A DNA stretch of 64,000 nucleotides from an uncultured Clostridia bacterium (GTDB lineage Bacteria; Bacillota; Clostridia; Christensenellales; UBA1242), in assembly GCA_944384535.1 (NCBI GenBank), contig CALWTS010000004.1, forward strand, positions 33,941 to 97,940, written 5' to 3'. Both the position numbers and the translations under genes were made by a program. Every line of letters starts with the position of its first letter. The stretch's first letter is position 1. The notes under the pieces were generated by a model. The model did not search any database and was not told the origin of the DNA. It saw only the letters and a list, made by a program, of their open reading frames with translations. Positions 45,856 to 55,983 of the stretch are shown piece after piece.

Positions 45856-45889
45856 AAAAAAACGATGAAAATATTTCATCGTTTTTTTT
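45856..45889. terminator. bidirectional terminator between the ytxH-like and IscU-like genes
   Basis: A-run, ACGATGAAA-ata-TTTCATCGT, T-run. Confidence 0.75.
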
Positions 45890-46286
45890 AATTGATTTGA
45901 TTTTTTCTTTCTTCTCTTTCTTTTCTTTTATAAAAGTCCTCAACAGAATTTTTAATTGCCTCTTCTACTAATAAAGAAGTATATTCTTTAGATTCAGGAA
46001 TTTCTCCCATTCTTTCCAAAATATCGATATTATTAATTCTTAAAGCATCTTCTAATGTCTTTCCTATAAGCATGTCACATGCTATATCGCAAGCAACAAT
46101 TGTGCAAACACCTCCATAAGCTTTAAATTTTGCACTTGTAATCAATCCTGTTTCATCAACTAATATGTAAATTTTTATAACATCTCCGTCTTCTTCACTA
46201 CCAGCTTTACCAGTCCCATTTGCTCCACGTAATCCACCAGCAAACCTTGGTCTTTGAAATCTTTCTAAAATATAACTACTATACAT
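45888..46286 (-). CDS. IscU/NifU-N-like protein lacking the canonical cluster-ligand cysteines
   Basis: It aligns by eye with clostridial NifU-N (MYS..ERF..PR..G........G..G....GD.IKIYL.V......I..AKFK..G......L.GKT.E.AL.I.N.DI.......P..K......L.E.AIK....D). Canonical CGD, GCG and HCS are replaced by DGD, GGV and YTS. Confidence 0.7.
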   Translation of the reverse strand: MYSSYILERFQRPRFAGGLRGANGTGKAGSEEDGDVIKIYILVDETGLITSAKFKAYGGVCTIVACDIACDMLIGKTLEDALRINNIDILERMGEIPESKEYTSLLVEEAIKNSVEDFYKRKEREERKNQIN

Positions 46287-46288
46287 GA

Positions 46289-47464
46289 TTACTTCCTCCC
46301 TGCTTTAGTTAATGCTGAAATTGCTCTTAATTTAGAAACTGAATTAACAAGTACTTCAACTACATAATCAATATCACTTCTAGAAACATTTTTATTGAAA
46401 GAAAATCTTATAGATCCATTTGCAACAACATCCTCAACCCCCATCGCCTTTAAAACATGAGATGGTTCAATAGAGTTTGATGTACAAGCGGAACCTGTAG
46501 AAACAGCTATACCTTCCATATCAAGAAGCATAAGTAAAGACTCCTTGTCAACCATTTCAAATGAAAGATTAACTATTCCATTTATTTTTTGTTGAGGATG
46601 TCCATTTAAGTGTACAAACTCAATTTTTTCTTCTACATTTCTTAAGAAATAATCCCTTATACTTCTTAGTTTTTGTTGATTAATAACTAAGTCTCTCGTA
46701 GCAACTTCGACAGCTTTTCCAAACCCAGCAATAGCTGGAACATTCAAAGTTCCTCCTCTCTTAGTCCTTTCTTGACTTCCACCAACAATAAGATTTTCAA
46801 TTCTTGTTCCATTTTTAAGATATAAACAACCGGCACCTTTAGGGCCATAAATTTTATGAGCGGATAATGTCATAGCATCAATTTCCATGTCTTGAACATC
46901 AATATGAACTGCTCCAAGAGCTTGAACTGCATCAGTATGAAAAATAACACCATAATCATGAGCAATTTTTGCAATAGCTTTAATATTTTGAATTGTTCCA
47001 ACCTCATTATTAACAGTCATAATAGAAATCAATGTTGTTTCTTTTTTAATTGAATGAATTAAATCAACAATATTTACTAAACCAAATTTATCAACTGGAA
47101 GATATGTAACCTCATAACCTTCTTCCTCTAATTGTTTACAAGCATCTAATATGGCATGATGTTCAATTTGACTTGTAATAATATGTTTTCCTTTATTAGA
47201 ATAAGCATGTGCAATACCTTTTATTGCCCAATTATCAGCTTCTGTACCACCAGAAGTAAAATAAATTTCATTTGATTTTGCTGCATTAATAGCATGAGCA
47301 ATTCTATCTCTTGCTCTATCAACAATAGCACTGGCTTCACGTCCAAAACTATGAAGAGAATTACTATTGCCATAAATAGCATTAAAGCATGGTAACATTT
47401 CTGCAAGAACTTCACTTGAAACATAAGTTGTCGATGCATTATCAAGATAAACTTTTCTTCCCAT
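46289..47464 (-). CDS. nifS: cysteine desulfurase (NifS/IscS type)
   Basis: PLP lysine region LSAHKIYGPKG and catalytic loop STGSACTS. The ATG at 47464 lies 6 nt after AAGGAG. Confidence 0.9.
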   Translation of the reverse strand: MGRKVYLDNASTTYVSSEVLAEMLPCFNAIYGNSNSLHSFGREASAIVDRARDRIAHAINAAKSNEIYFTSGGTEADNWAIKGIAHAYSNKGKHIITSQIEHHAILDACKQLEEEGYEVTYLPVDKFGLVNIVDLIHSIKKETTLISIMTVNNEVGTIQNIKAIAKIAHDYGVIFHTDAVQALGAVHIDVQDMEIDAMTLSAHKIYGPKGAGCLYLKNGTRIENLIVGGSQERTKRGGTLNVPAIAGFGKAVEVATRDLVINQQKLRSIRDYFLRNVEEKIEFVHLNGHPQQKINGIVNLSFEMVDKESLLMLLDMEGIAVSTGSACTSNSIEPSHVLKAMGVEDVVANGSIRFSFNKNVSRSDIDYVVEVLVNSVSKLRAISALTKAGRK

Positions 47465-47635
47465 TATTAACTCCTTTAACATGATAATTTTACCACTACA
47501 AATAGCTAAAGTCAACAACTGTTTTTTTAAAAAGAAAAACATTTTATTAAAATAATGAAAAATTTTAAAAAAAAATACAAAATTTTTAAATATTTTAATT
47601 CATTTGACTTTTAAATATATTAATATTATAATTCC

Positions 47636-48532
47636 ATGGGGATTCAAAAGATGAAAAAATTTATAGATTTACATAACCATTCGATTTATTCTGATGGCAA
47701 AAAGAATATTAAAGAAATTTTAACTCTTGCAGAAACAAATTGCGTTAAAATTTTATCTATTTCTGACCATGATACTATAGAAGGAGTAAAAGATTTTATT
47801 AATAATGATTATCATTTCAATGGTAAATTTATTCCTGGTTGTGAACTCACTGTTTGTTATAATGGTCTTCCAATAGAAGTTTTAGCTTATGGATTTGATG
47901 TGAAAAAATTTGATGAGCTAACTAAAGAAATTTTCAAAAAAGAAAATGAACTTGCTGATATAACAAGAGCAAATGGATTATATAAAATTTTTAAATCAAT
48001 TGACAAAGACTTTAAATGTCTTAAACCTCATTTTAGTGACAAATTTTATATTCATCATACAGAAACATGGAAGGTTTATTATGCCGGTCTTGAAAACGAA
48101 AAAATTAAGAGGGAAATAACACAATCATTAGGACAAGAAGCAATAGAAAAAAGAGGTGTCTTTTTTAGAAAAGGATTAAACACCCCTTCTTCAAAATTTT
48201 ATGTTGATGTCTCAAAAGTTTTTCCAAGTGTTGATAAAGCTGTAAAAATTATACATGAAAGCAATGGTATCGCAGTAATCGCACACCCAACTCTTTATGA
48301 AGGAAATATGAACTTAATAAATGAAACTTTCTATATGTTTGATGGTATTGAATGTTTACATACTTGTTCTGGTAAAAATATGAAAAATTTAATCAAACTT
48401 GCAAAATCACATAAAAAATTAATCACTGGAGGTTCAGACTACCATGCAAGAACTTTGGATGAATTTAATTGTTTAAAAATTCCATATAAATATTGGAAAA
48501 AGTTATCACAAAGCATAAAAAATGTTTATTAA
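47636..48532 (+). CDS. PHP-domain metal-dependent phosphoesterase
   Basis: IDLHNHSIYSDG opening motif, SISDHD, AHP, GGSDYH. Alternative start at 47651. Confidence 0.8.
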   Translation: MGIQKMKKFIDLHNHSIYSDGKKNIKEILTLAETNCVKILSISDHDTIEGVKDFINNDYHFNGKFIPGCELTVCYNGLPIEVLAYGFDVKKFDELTKEIFKKENELADITRANGLYKIFKSIDKDFKCLKPHFSDKFYIHHTETWKVYYAGLENEKIKREITQSLGQEAIEKRGVFFRKGLNTPSSKFYVDVSKVFPSVDKAVKIIHESNGIAVIAHPTLYEGNMNLINETFYMFDGIECLHTCSGKNMKNLIKLAKSHKKLITGGSDYHARTLDEFNCLKIPYKYWKKLSQSIKNVY

Positions 48533-48665
48533 AAAAACTTTTCTCAAAGTTAAACCATTATGAAACCAGCAAAAAAAAGAAAAGGAATATAAAAATAATA
48601 AAGATTATAAATTTAAAAAATTAATAAAAAAAGATAATGTAATTAAGCATTATCTTTTATATAAT

Positions 48666-49427
48666 CTATTTTTCAAAGTCTTGTTGTTTTCTCAAAATAT
48701 CAAGACTGAATTTTAAACATTTTTCATTTTTTGAAATTTGATAATAATTTCCATTTGAAAAAACATAAGCTTCTCCAAAAATCATTTGTTCTTTTCCATT
48801 ATCAACAATATAACTACCGTCAGTTATTGCTATAAAAGGTTTTTTCTTACTATCTTCTAAAAGTATTTTTTCTAAAATATTGGCTTTAGCAAAGTGTGGT
48901 GAGTTTTTAAAATGAGGTTCAATATTTATTTTGCTTAATCCAAGACCAGGAAAATATCTTTTATTATCAATTTCTTCTTCATCTTCAGGAGAACAATAAA
49001 CTTCTTCAGCAAGATTTATTGCACCAGCACTTTGTCCGATAATAATTGGAGAGTATTTTTTTAATAATTTTGCTAAGTTTATCTCTTTAAAAAATTGCAT
49101 TTCTCTCATTGTATCACCACCTGCTAAAAACACAATGCTTGCTTCTTTTACTAGATTTTCAGCCTGGGATTGATTTCTAGAGTCCAATATATGTAAATTA
49201 TTAAAACTAAATCCAGAAAGATTAAAAGAGTTAAAAGTTATCGTTCCATACGAATCATTTATTTCAAAAGTATCAGGATTGCTTGCCACAAACAAAAAGT
49301 TATCACCTTTTGTTAAATATTTTTGCAATTCATCTATAAATTTATTTGTATTATTTAATTTAGAGACAACTCTTACTCCATTTTCTTTTTTTGAGGCTCC
49401 AACATCACTTGTTAAAAATAAAACCAT
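48666..49427 (-). CDS. S51 peptidase E-like / type 1 glutamine amidotransferase-like protein
   Basis: FLAGGDT and the nucleophile elbow IGQSAGAI. Confidence 0.7.
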   Translation of the reverse strand: MVLFLTSDVGASKKENGVRVVSKLNNTNKFIDELQKYLTKGDNFLFVASNPDTFEINDSYGTITFNSFNLSGFSFNNLHILDSRNQSQAENLVKEASIVFLAGGDTMREMQFFKEINLAKLLKKYSPIIIGQSAGAINLAEEVYCSPEDEEEIDNKRYFPGLGLSKINIEPHFKNSPHFAKANILEKILLEDSKKKPFIAITDGSYIVDNGKEQMIFGEAYVFSNGNYYQISKNEKCLKFSLDILRKQQDFEK

Positions 49428-49648
49428 ATTTCCTCCAAAAATAAATATTGCAAATATATATTTTCATGTCATCATTAAAAGTATTGTTTTCTCAATAGAA
49501 TATCTAAATTTTTAAATTTGTTAGCTTTAAAAACTAACAATTAATTTACAAATCTAGTTAAAACTAGTGAATTGAAACAATTAAAAAACTATACATTATT
49601 GAAGTTCTTTTTATATAAATTTAAAAAAATTGACTAAGGAAAGTTTTT

Positions 49649-49957
49649 TTAAAGATATTTTTTTACACTATTTACACAATCTTCAAACTGCCAAATACCA
49701 ACATGTTTTTCTTGCAAAACACCATCTTTAAATATTATAAGTGTGGGTATTGACATTATACCAAATTTCCTAGCAATTTCCTCGGATTCATCTACATCAA
49801 CTTTAAAAACCTTGGCTTTATCTTGCAATTCATTTGATATATCTTCTAAAATACTTCCCATAATCCTACAAGGTCCACACCACGTTGCAAAAAAATCAAC
49901 CAATACTACTCCTTTTTTAATCTCATCATCAAATTCATTTTTTTTAACTATTTTCAT
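49649..49957 (-). CDS. trxA: thioredoxin
   Basis: WCGPC active site. 102 aa. Confidence 0.95.
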   Translation of the reverse strand: MKIVKKNEFDDEIKKGVVLVDFFATWCGPCRIMGSILEDISNELQDKAKVFKVDVDESEEIARKFGIMSIPTLIIFKDGVLQEKHVGIWQFEDCVNSVKKYL

Positions 49958-50631
49958 AATTCCTCCCTTAAAATTTTATTAATTACTACTGCACTAATTG
50001 TACACCCACACATTGCTGGATAATAACTTATACTTCCAACAACTTTACCGCAATTTATCGGTTTAGAATTTGTCGTAACCACATCTAGCGATAAAATATT
50101 GTTCTCTCTCAATTTTTTTCTTACAACTTTTGCCAATCCATCATCATGAGTTTTATAAATATCTGTTAGATAAAAATTCGGTACATCGAATCTATTACCC
50201 GCTCCCATTGCGGAAATTATGTTTAGATTGTTTTTTTTGCAATAAATTATTAAAGCAACTTTATCTACTACGCAATCAATTGCATCTATGACTACATCTG
50301 TATTACTGATGTATTTACTTACATTGTTTTCGCTTAACTTATCATTTATTACAGCAACTTCCGCTTCATCGTTTATAGACAATATTATTTCCTTCATTAT
50401 ATCAACTTTATTTAATCCTATACTACTTGTAGTTGCAACAACCTGTCTATTTATATTGGAAGAAGAAATTTTGTCATAATCTATTAACTTAAATCTTTTA
50501 ACTCCCGCACGTGCCAACATTAAAGCAACATATCCACCGACTCCACCAACTCCTACAATTGTCACATGTTTACTTTCAATTTTTTTTAAATTTTCACTTC
50601 CAATTAATAATTCTGTTCTAGATTTATCCAT
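49954..50631 (-). CDS. tcdA: tRNA threonylcarbamoyladenosine dehydratase (ThiF/TcdA family)
   Basis: Rossmann motif VTIVGVGGVGG and ThiF-like core. 225 aa with no MoeB-type C-terminal Cys domain. Confidence 0.75.
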   Translation of the reverse strand: MDKSRTELLIGSENLKKIESKHVTIVGVGGVGGYVALMLARAGVKRFKLIDYDKISSSNINRQVVATTSSIGLNKVDIMKEIILSINDEAEVAVINDKLSENNVSKYISNTDVVIDAIDCVVDKVALIIYCKKNNLNIISAMGAGNRFDVPNFYLTDIYKTHDDGLAKVVRKKLRENNILSLDVVTTNSKPINCGKVVGSISYYPAMCGCTISAVVINKILREEL

Positions 50632-50646
50632 AAAAATCCTTAGTTA

Positions 50647-51942
50647 CTATAAAATATATTTCTTTAAATCAAACTTCTTTTTAGATTCTTTAAAAGCATT
50701 TTGAACATATGCTCTATCAACTTTAACTTCTAACATTGGGTGATCTCCAGATGCATTAAAGGAAATGTCTTCTAAAAGACTTTCCATAATGGTATGCAAT
50801 CTTCTTGCACCAATATTTTCACTTGTTTCGTTTTCTGTAGCAGCCATTTCTGCAATTTCATCAAGAGCATCTTCTGTAAATTTCAGATTAATGTTGTCTA
50901 CTTTTAAAATACTTGAATATTGCAAAGTAACAGAATTTTTAGGTTCTGATAAAATACGTTTAAAATCCTCTTTAGTTAAATTATCTAAATCAACTCTTAT
51001 AGGAAAACGACCTTGCAACTCTGGAATCATATCTTCTATATTTGAAACATGAAAAGCACCTGAGGCAATGAATAAAATAAAATCAGTTTTAACATTTCCA
51101 TACTTTGTCGCAACAGTACTTCCTTCTACAATAGGAAGAATATCTCTCTGTACTCCCTCCCTAGAAACATCTTGGTTATTAGATCCTCCAGCTTTTCCAA
51201 TTATTTTATCAATTTCATCAATAAAAATTATACCTTCTTCTTCTGTTCTTCTTATTGCTTCAGCATAAACATTATCTTTATCAATAACTTTATCACATTC
51301 TTCACTTAAAATAATTTCTCTTGCTCTTGCAACTGACATTCTTCTTTTTTTATGTTTTTGTGGAAGCATTCCATCAAAAATTGAACCAATATTAATCTCT
51401 GGTCCGCCAACAGCAAGCATAGGTTTTGGTGTATCAATTACCACAATATCAATTTGTTCATTTTCTAGTTTGCCGTTTTTAAGTTCATCTGCAACAATAG
51501 TTTTATCAACAGGTATATCTGAAGCTCTTCTAGTATCGCAAATAGCATCAATTAATCTATTATCAACAACAGGTTTAACTTTTGCTTCAATTTCATGAGT
51601 TTTTTCATCCTTAACCATTCTAACAGCAACTTCAACTAAATCCCTAATCATGCTTTCAACATCTCGTCCCACATAACCAACTTCTGTGTATTTTGTAGCT
51701 TCAATTTTTATGAAAGGAGCTTTTACAAGTTTTGCAAGTCTTCTTGCTATTTCAGTTTTACCAACACCTGTAGGTCCTTTCATAATAATGTTTTTAGGTG
51801 TTATTTCTTCCCTTAAATCTTTTGGTAATTGACTTCTACGATATCTGTTTCTTAAAGCAATCGCAACAGCTCTCTTTGCTTTTGCTTGACCTATAATATA
51901 TTTATCCAATTCTTCAACTATTTGTCTAGGTGTTAAATTCAT
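50647..51942 (-). CDS. hslU: ATP-dependent protease ATPase subunit HslU
   Basis: LTPRQIVEELDKYIIGQ..AKRAVAIALRNR, Walker A GPTGVGKTEIARRLA, Walker B IIFIDEIDKI. Confidence 0.95.
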   Translation of the reverse strand: MNLTPRQIVEELDKYIIGQAKAKRAVAIALRNRYRRSQLPKDLREEITPKNIIMKGPTGVGKTEIARRLAKLVKAPFIKIEATKYTEVGYVGRDVESMIRDLVEVAVRMVKDEKTHEIEAKVKPVVDNRLIDAICDTRRASDIPVDKTIVADELKNGKLENEQIDIVVIDTPKPMLAVGGPEINIGSIFDGMLPQKHKKRRMSVARAREIILSEECDKVIDKDNVYAEAIRRTEEEGIIFIDEIDKIIGKAGGSNNQDVSREGVQRDILPIVEGSTVATKYGNVKTDFILFIASGAFHVSNIEDMIPELQGRFPIRVDLDNLTKEDFKRILSEPKNSVTLQYSSILKVDNINLKFTEDALDEIAEMAATENETSENIGARRLHTIMESLLEDISFNASGDHPMLEVKVDRAYVQNAFKESKKKFDLKKYIL

Positions 51943-51945
51943 ATT

Positions 51946-52482
51946 TTATACCTCCTCAACAGTAATATGATCATTTGTGAATACGCAAATTTGGCCAGCA
52001 ATTTGCAAAGCTTTTTGCGCTATAACTTTAGCTGATAATTTTGTGTTTTGCTTTAATGCTTTAGCAGCAGCAAGAGCATAATTACCACCCGAACCAATTG
52101 CACATACATCATCATCTGGTTCTATAACTTCTCCCGTTCCGCTGACAATCAATAACTGATCTTTATCAGCAACAATCATCATAGCATTTAATTGTCTAGA
52201 TGCTTTATCTTCTCTCCATGTCCCAGCCAACTCAACTGCACTTCTCATTAAATTTCCTGAAAATTTGTTAAGCATGTTCTCAAATCTTTCACAAAGCGAA
52301 AAAGCATCTGCAACAGAGCCTGCAAAACCTATGACAACTTTATCATTATAAATTCTTCTCACTTTATGTGCGTTTGATTTAAAAACAACACTTTCTGACA
52401 TTGTAACTTGTCCATCACCTGCTATCGCAATTTTTCCATTTCTTTTTACACCACAAATCGTGGTACCTCTAAACATGCTTTC
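51946..52482 (-). CDS. hslV: ATP-dependent protease subunit HslV
   Basis: The TTI N-terminal nucleophile region (FRGTTICGV) and [11 protein letters not shown]. The ATG at 52482 lies 9 nt after AAGGAGG. Confidence 0.9.
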   Translation of the reverse strand, partial: ESMFRGTTICGVKRNGKIAIAGDGQVTMSESVVFKSNAHKVRRIYNDKVVIGFAGSVADAFSLCERFENMLNKFSGNLMRSAVELAGTWREDKASRQLNAMMIVADKDQLLIVSGTGEVIEPDDDVCAIGSGGNYALAAAKALKQNTKLSAKVIAQKALQIAGQICVFTNDHITVEEV

Positions 52483-53719
52483 CATAAATATAATCCTCCT
52501 TAAACTTAGCAAGTTTTTCTATCGATATATTAAAAAACTTTTCAATTAATTCTTTATCATCACCTTCAAGATTATTAATAACATCAAAATCATTAATAAA
52601 GGGATGTGCTTTTGTAGATGTAGATGATATAATCTTTTCAATAAATTGTCCAAAGCAAGTATCTTTAGGTAAAGAAACCATTAATTGATCTTTAAAAAAT
52701 TTATTAACACTCATACCCACATATAACCCACTTGCAATACAATCTATATATCCTGAAATTCCTAAAATAGAACCAGCAAAAAATAGATTTTCGTTAAATA
52801 AACTTTGACAAAATTTATTAACAACATATTTTCCATTTAAAAAACATGCTTTTCTAATCTCTGCCTTCCTAACCATTATAGCACTTTTAATTTCTTTTAA
52901 TGAATGAAAGATTTCTAATTGATCAATTAAACGGAGATTAGAGCAAACACCTTCTAACATTAATCCAGCATCAACTTTTTTAAATTTTATTACTGCATAA
53001 GGTTTCCATTGTAAATTATCCAAAAGTACAGGTCTCATGGCATAGTTTTTTAAACAATCTTTTCCTTTTTTTGCCAAATCTTCTAAGGTATTATCTATAA
53101 ATTCTATTTTACTGTAATAACCTTGTTGATTAATTAATTTATTTATCTTATCAACAAAATTATTATAATCTTCAAAGGTTAACGGTAAATACAAATAATC
53201 TTGTTCACTACCTAAATATAACAAATTCTCATTAATATTCTGAAAAACTGGATAAATAGGCATGTTTGTAAAACATCTCATAGATCCTAAATTGTTCATA
53301 AGATAATTTACCATACTTTCATCAGTATTTAAACCTGTTGCAATAATAGTAATTTCATTAGGATTTATCTCGTGAATATTAGCTTTAAAATATGAAATAT
53401 TTTCATTATTTTTAACCATATATTTACCAATTTTTAATAGTAATTGACATATTTGATCTTTATTATAACCTTTATTCAAAATAATTTCTTGAGATTTAAT
53501 TAAAGGACTTCCTAAAAATTTTAACTCGTTTTTTAAAATTTCTTCATTCAATTTTCTTTTTCTTTGACATTCACAATAATCAGTTAATATATCCTGATTT
53601 TTGTTATTATCTGAATCAAAAATATGGACTTTTATTCCATGTCCCGCCAAAAACAAAGCACATTCAATGCCTGCAAAACCGCAACCAATTACATTAACAA
53701 TTGATCTGTTAAACCCCAT
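52469..53719 (-). CDS. TrmFO-like FAD-dependent protein, highly divergent
   Basis: FAD motif [44 protein letters not shown], and the topA-trmFO-hslVU gene order. The TrmFO CSNS, GC(M)P and HRNT regions are not recognisable. Confidence 0.6.
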   Translation of the reverse strand: MGFNRSIVNVIGCGFAGIECALFLAGHGIKVHIFDSDNNKNQDILTDYCECQRKRKLNEEILKNELKFLGSPLIKSQEIILNKGYNKDQICQLLLKIGKYMVKNNENISYFKANIHEINPNEITIIATGLNTDESMVNYLMNNLGSMRCFTNMPIYPVFQNINENLLYLGSEQDYLYLPLTFEDYNNFVDKINKLINQQGYYSKIEFIDNTLEDLAKKGKDCLKNYAMRPVLLDNLQWKPYAVIKFKKVDAGLMLEGVCSNLRLIDQLEIFHSLKEIKSAIMVRKAEIRKACFLNGKYVVNKFCQSLFNENLFFAGSILGISGYIDCIASGLYVGMSVNKFFKDQLMVSLPKDTCFGQFIEKIISSTSTKAHPFINDFDVINNLEGDDKELIEKFFNISIEKLAKFKEDYIYGKHV

Positions 53720-53903
53720 TAATCCCCTACAACTAATCTTTTGAATTTATATTGTTTGTCTCAAAACAACAAGCAACCATTTTAATTATAATATATTTTA
53801 AATATAAATCAAAACAAACTTAACGTAAATAAACAAAATAAAAGAATTTATTGTCATATTAAGCATAAAAAAAAGAGAATACCAAAAAATATCCTCCTTT
53901 TTA

Positions 53904-55973
53904 TTATTGATTACTTTCTTTTTTATAATCACATTCATTATTACTACATTTAATAGTTTTATTTTTTATAATTAAAGGATTTTTACACTCTGGACATTTT
54001 TCACCTGTTGTAATATCCCAACTCATAAATTTACAATCTGGGAATTTTGAACACGAATAAAATATTTTCCCTTTTTTACTTTTTCGTTCAACCATATCAC
54101 TTCCACACTCTGGACACTTTCCAACGTGTTTAATACTGCCATCTAAAGGTTTTGTATTCTTACATTTAGGAAAATTAGAACATGCCAAAAATTCTCCAAA
54201 GCGTCCTTGACGGATAACCATCTTTCCACCGCACTTATCACACTTAATATCGGTTTCTTTTGGAGGTTCTTTCATTGTTAAAGAACTCGCATCAGCTCTT
54301 TCAATCAAGTGTTCAAATCCATTCCAAAAATTAGAAACAACGACATGCCAGTCTTCATCTTTATTTGCAATATCATCTAGCCTGCCTTCCATATAAGCAG
54401 TAAACTTAACATTAATTACACTACTAAAAAACTGTTCTAAATATTCATTTATCTTTCTACCTAATTCAGTGGGTACTAGATATTTTCCTTCCTTTATAGC
54501 ATATCTTCTAGAAGTAAGAACTGTTATTGTTGCAGCATATGTAGCAGGTCTTCCAATTCCTTTTTCTTCCATTGCTTTTACCAAGCTTGCTTCAGTATAT
54601 CTTGCAGGTGGTTTAGTAAATTTTTGCTCAGTTAATATTTTTTCACATAAAACAATCTCTCCTTTTTCAAGTTTAGGAAGTTTTCCTGCAAGACCATCTT
54701 TGTTTTCTTCTTCAACATATTCTTTATAGACTGAAGTATAACCTGGAAATTCCATTGTTCTTCCATTCACTTTAAACCCATAATCTTCACAATCGAATGT
54801 AACAGAAACACTAGAATATTCAGCTTCTGTCATCTGACTTGCAAGAAATCTCTCATAAATAAGTTTATACAATTTGTAATTATCAGAAGATAAAGTTTCT
54901 TTAACCATATCAGGTGTTATATCCATTGTGATAGGTCTAATAGCTTCATGTGCATCTTGTGCATTTTCTTTTGTATGATAAACATTAGGTTTTTCTGGAA
55001 CAAAATCAGCTCCATATTTGTTTTTTATAAATTCCAAACAAGCGTTTTGTGCATCAGTAGAAACTCTTACAGAATCTGTTCTAATGTATGTAATTAAAGC
55101 AATTTTTCCCTCACCTTTAACTTCAACTCCTTCATATAATTGTTGAGCAGATGATGTAGTCCTTGCCAAACTCATACCAAGCTTATTTAAAGCATCTTGT
55201 TGCATAGTACTTGTTGTAAATGGTGCTGGAGCATGAGATTTTGTTTTGCTTTTTTTAATTTCTGAAACAACAAAATCTTTATTCTTTATTCTTTCTAAAA
55301 GTGTATCTACCTCTTCTTTATTTTTAGGAACAAATTTTTTCTTTTTATATGTAACTAAGCCTGCTTTAATTTCATATTTATCTTTTTTTAATAAAGCATT
55401 TACACTCCAATATTCTTCAGGAATAAAATTTTCAATTTCTTTTTCTCTATCAACTACCAATTTCAAAGCAACAGACTGAACACGCCCAGCAGATAATTTT
55501 GGAGCAATTTTTTTACAAAGTATAGGTGAAAGTTTGTATCCTACAATTCTATCTAACACCCTTCGTGCCTGTTGTGCATTAACAAGTTTTAAATCTATTT
55601 TTCTTGGATTTTCAAGTGCTTTTGAAACAGCCTTTTTAGAAATTTCATTAAATTCAATACGACATGGTTTTTCAGGATTATATCCTAAAATATTTGCAAC
55701 ATGCCAACTTATAGCCTCTCCTTCTCTATCAGGGTCTGTTGCAATAAAAACATCTTCCGCTTCTGATGCCTTTTTTCTTAAATCGTTTATTAAATCTTTT
55801 TTATCAGGTACATTTTCATACTTAGGTTCAAAATTATTTTTCAAATCAATTCCAAATGTTTTTTGTGGCAAATCTCTAATGTGTCCTTTAGTCGCAAAAA
55901 CCTCAAACCCACTACCTAGATATTTTTTAAGTGCCTCCCTTTTAAAAGGAGATTCAATAATGACTAATTTCAT
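53904..55973 (-). CDS. topA: DNA topoisomerase I
   Basis: Toprim N-terminus MKLVIIESP, DPDREGE, catalytic Tyr region ITYIRTDS, three C-terminal CxxC zinc ribbons. Confidence 0.95.
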   Translation of the reverse strand: MKLVIIESPFKREALKKYLGSGFEVFATKGHIRDLPQKTFGIDLKNNFEPKYENVPDKKDLINDLRKKASEAEDVFIATDPDREGEAISWHVANILGYNPEKPCRIEFNEISKKAVSKALENPRKIDLKLVNAQQARRVLDRIVGYKLSPILCKKIAPKLSAGRVQSVALKLVVDREKEIENFIPEEYWSVNALLKKDKYEIKAGLVTYKKKKFVPKNKEEVDTLLERIKNKDFVVSEIKKSKTKSHAPAPFTTSTMQQDALNKLGMSLARTTSSAQQLYEGVEVKGEGKIALITYIRTDSVRVSTDAQNACLEFIKNKYGADFVPEKPNVYHTKENAQDAHEAIRPITMDITPDMVKETLSSDNYKLYKLIYERFLASQMTEAEYSSVSVTFDCEDYGFKVNGRTMEFPGYTSVYKEYVEEENKDGLAGKLPKLEKGEIVLCEKILTEQKFTKPPARYTEASLVKAMEEKGIGRPATYAATITVLTSRRYAIKEGKYLVPTELGRKINEYLEQFFSSVINVKFTAYMEGRLDDIANKDEDWHVVVSNFWNGFEHLIERADASSLTMKEPPKETDIKCDKCGGKMVIRQGRFGEFLACSNFPKCKNTKPLDGSIKHVGKCPECGSDMVERKSKKGKIFYSCSKFPDCKFMSWDITTGEKCPECKNPLIIKNKTIKCSNNECDYKKESNQ

Positions 55974-55983
55974 CTATCCTCCA

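Noticed and set aside
49518-49541. Hairpin TTGTTAG-ctttaaaaa-CTAACAA between trxA and the S51 peptidase gene
   Set aside because: It could be a weak terminator for trxA, but it lacks a clean T run on the relevant strand. It was not reported as a feature.
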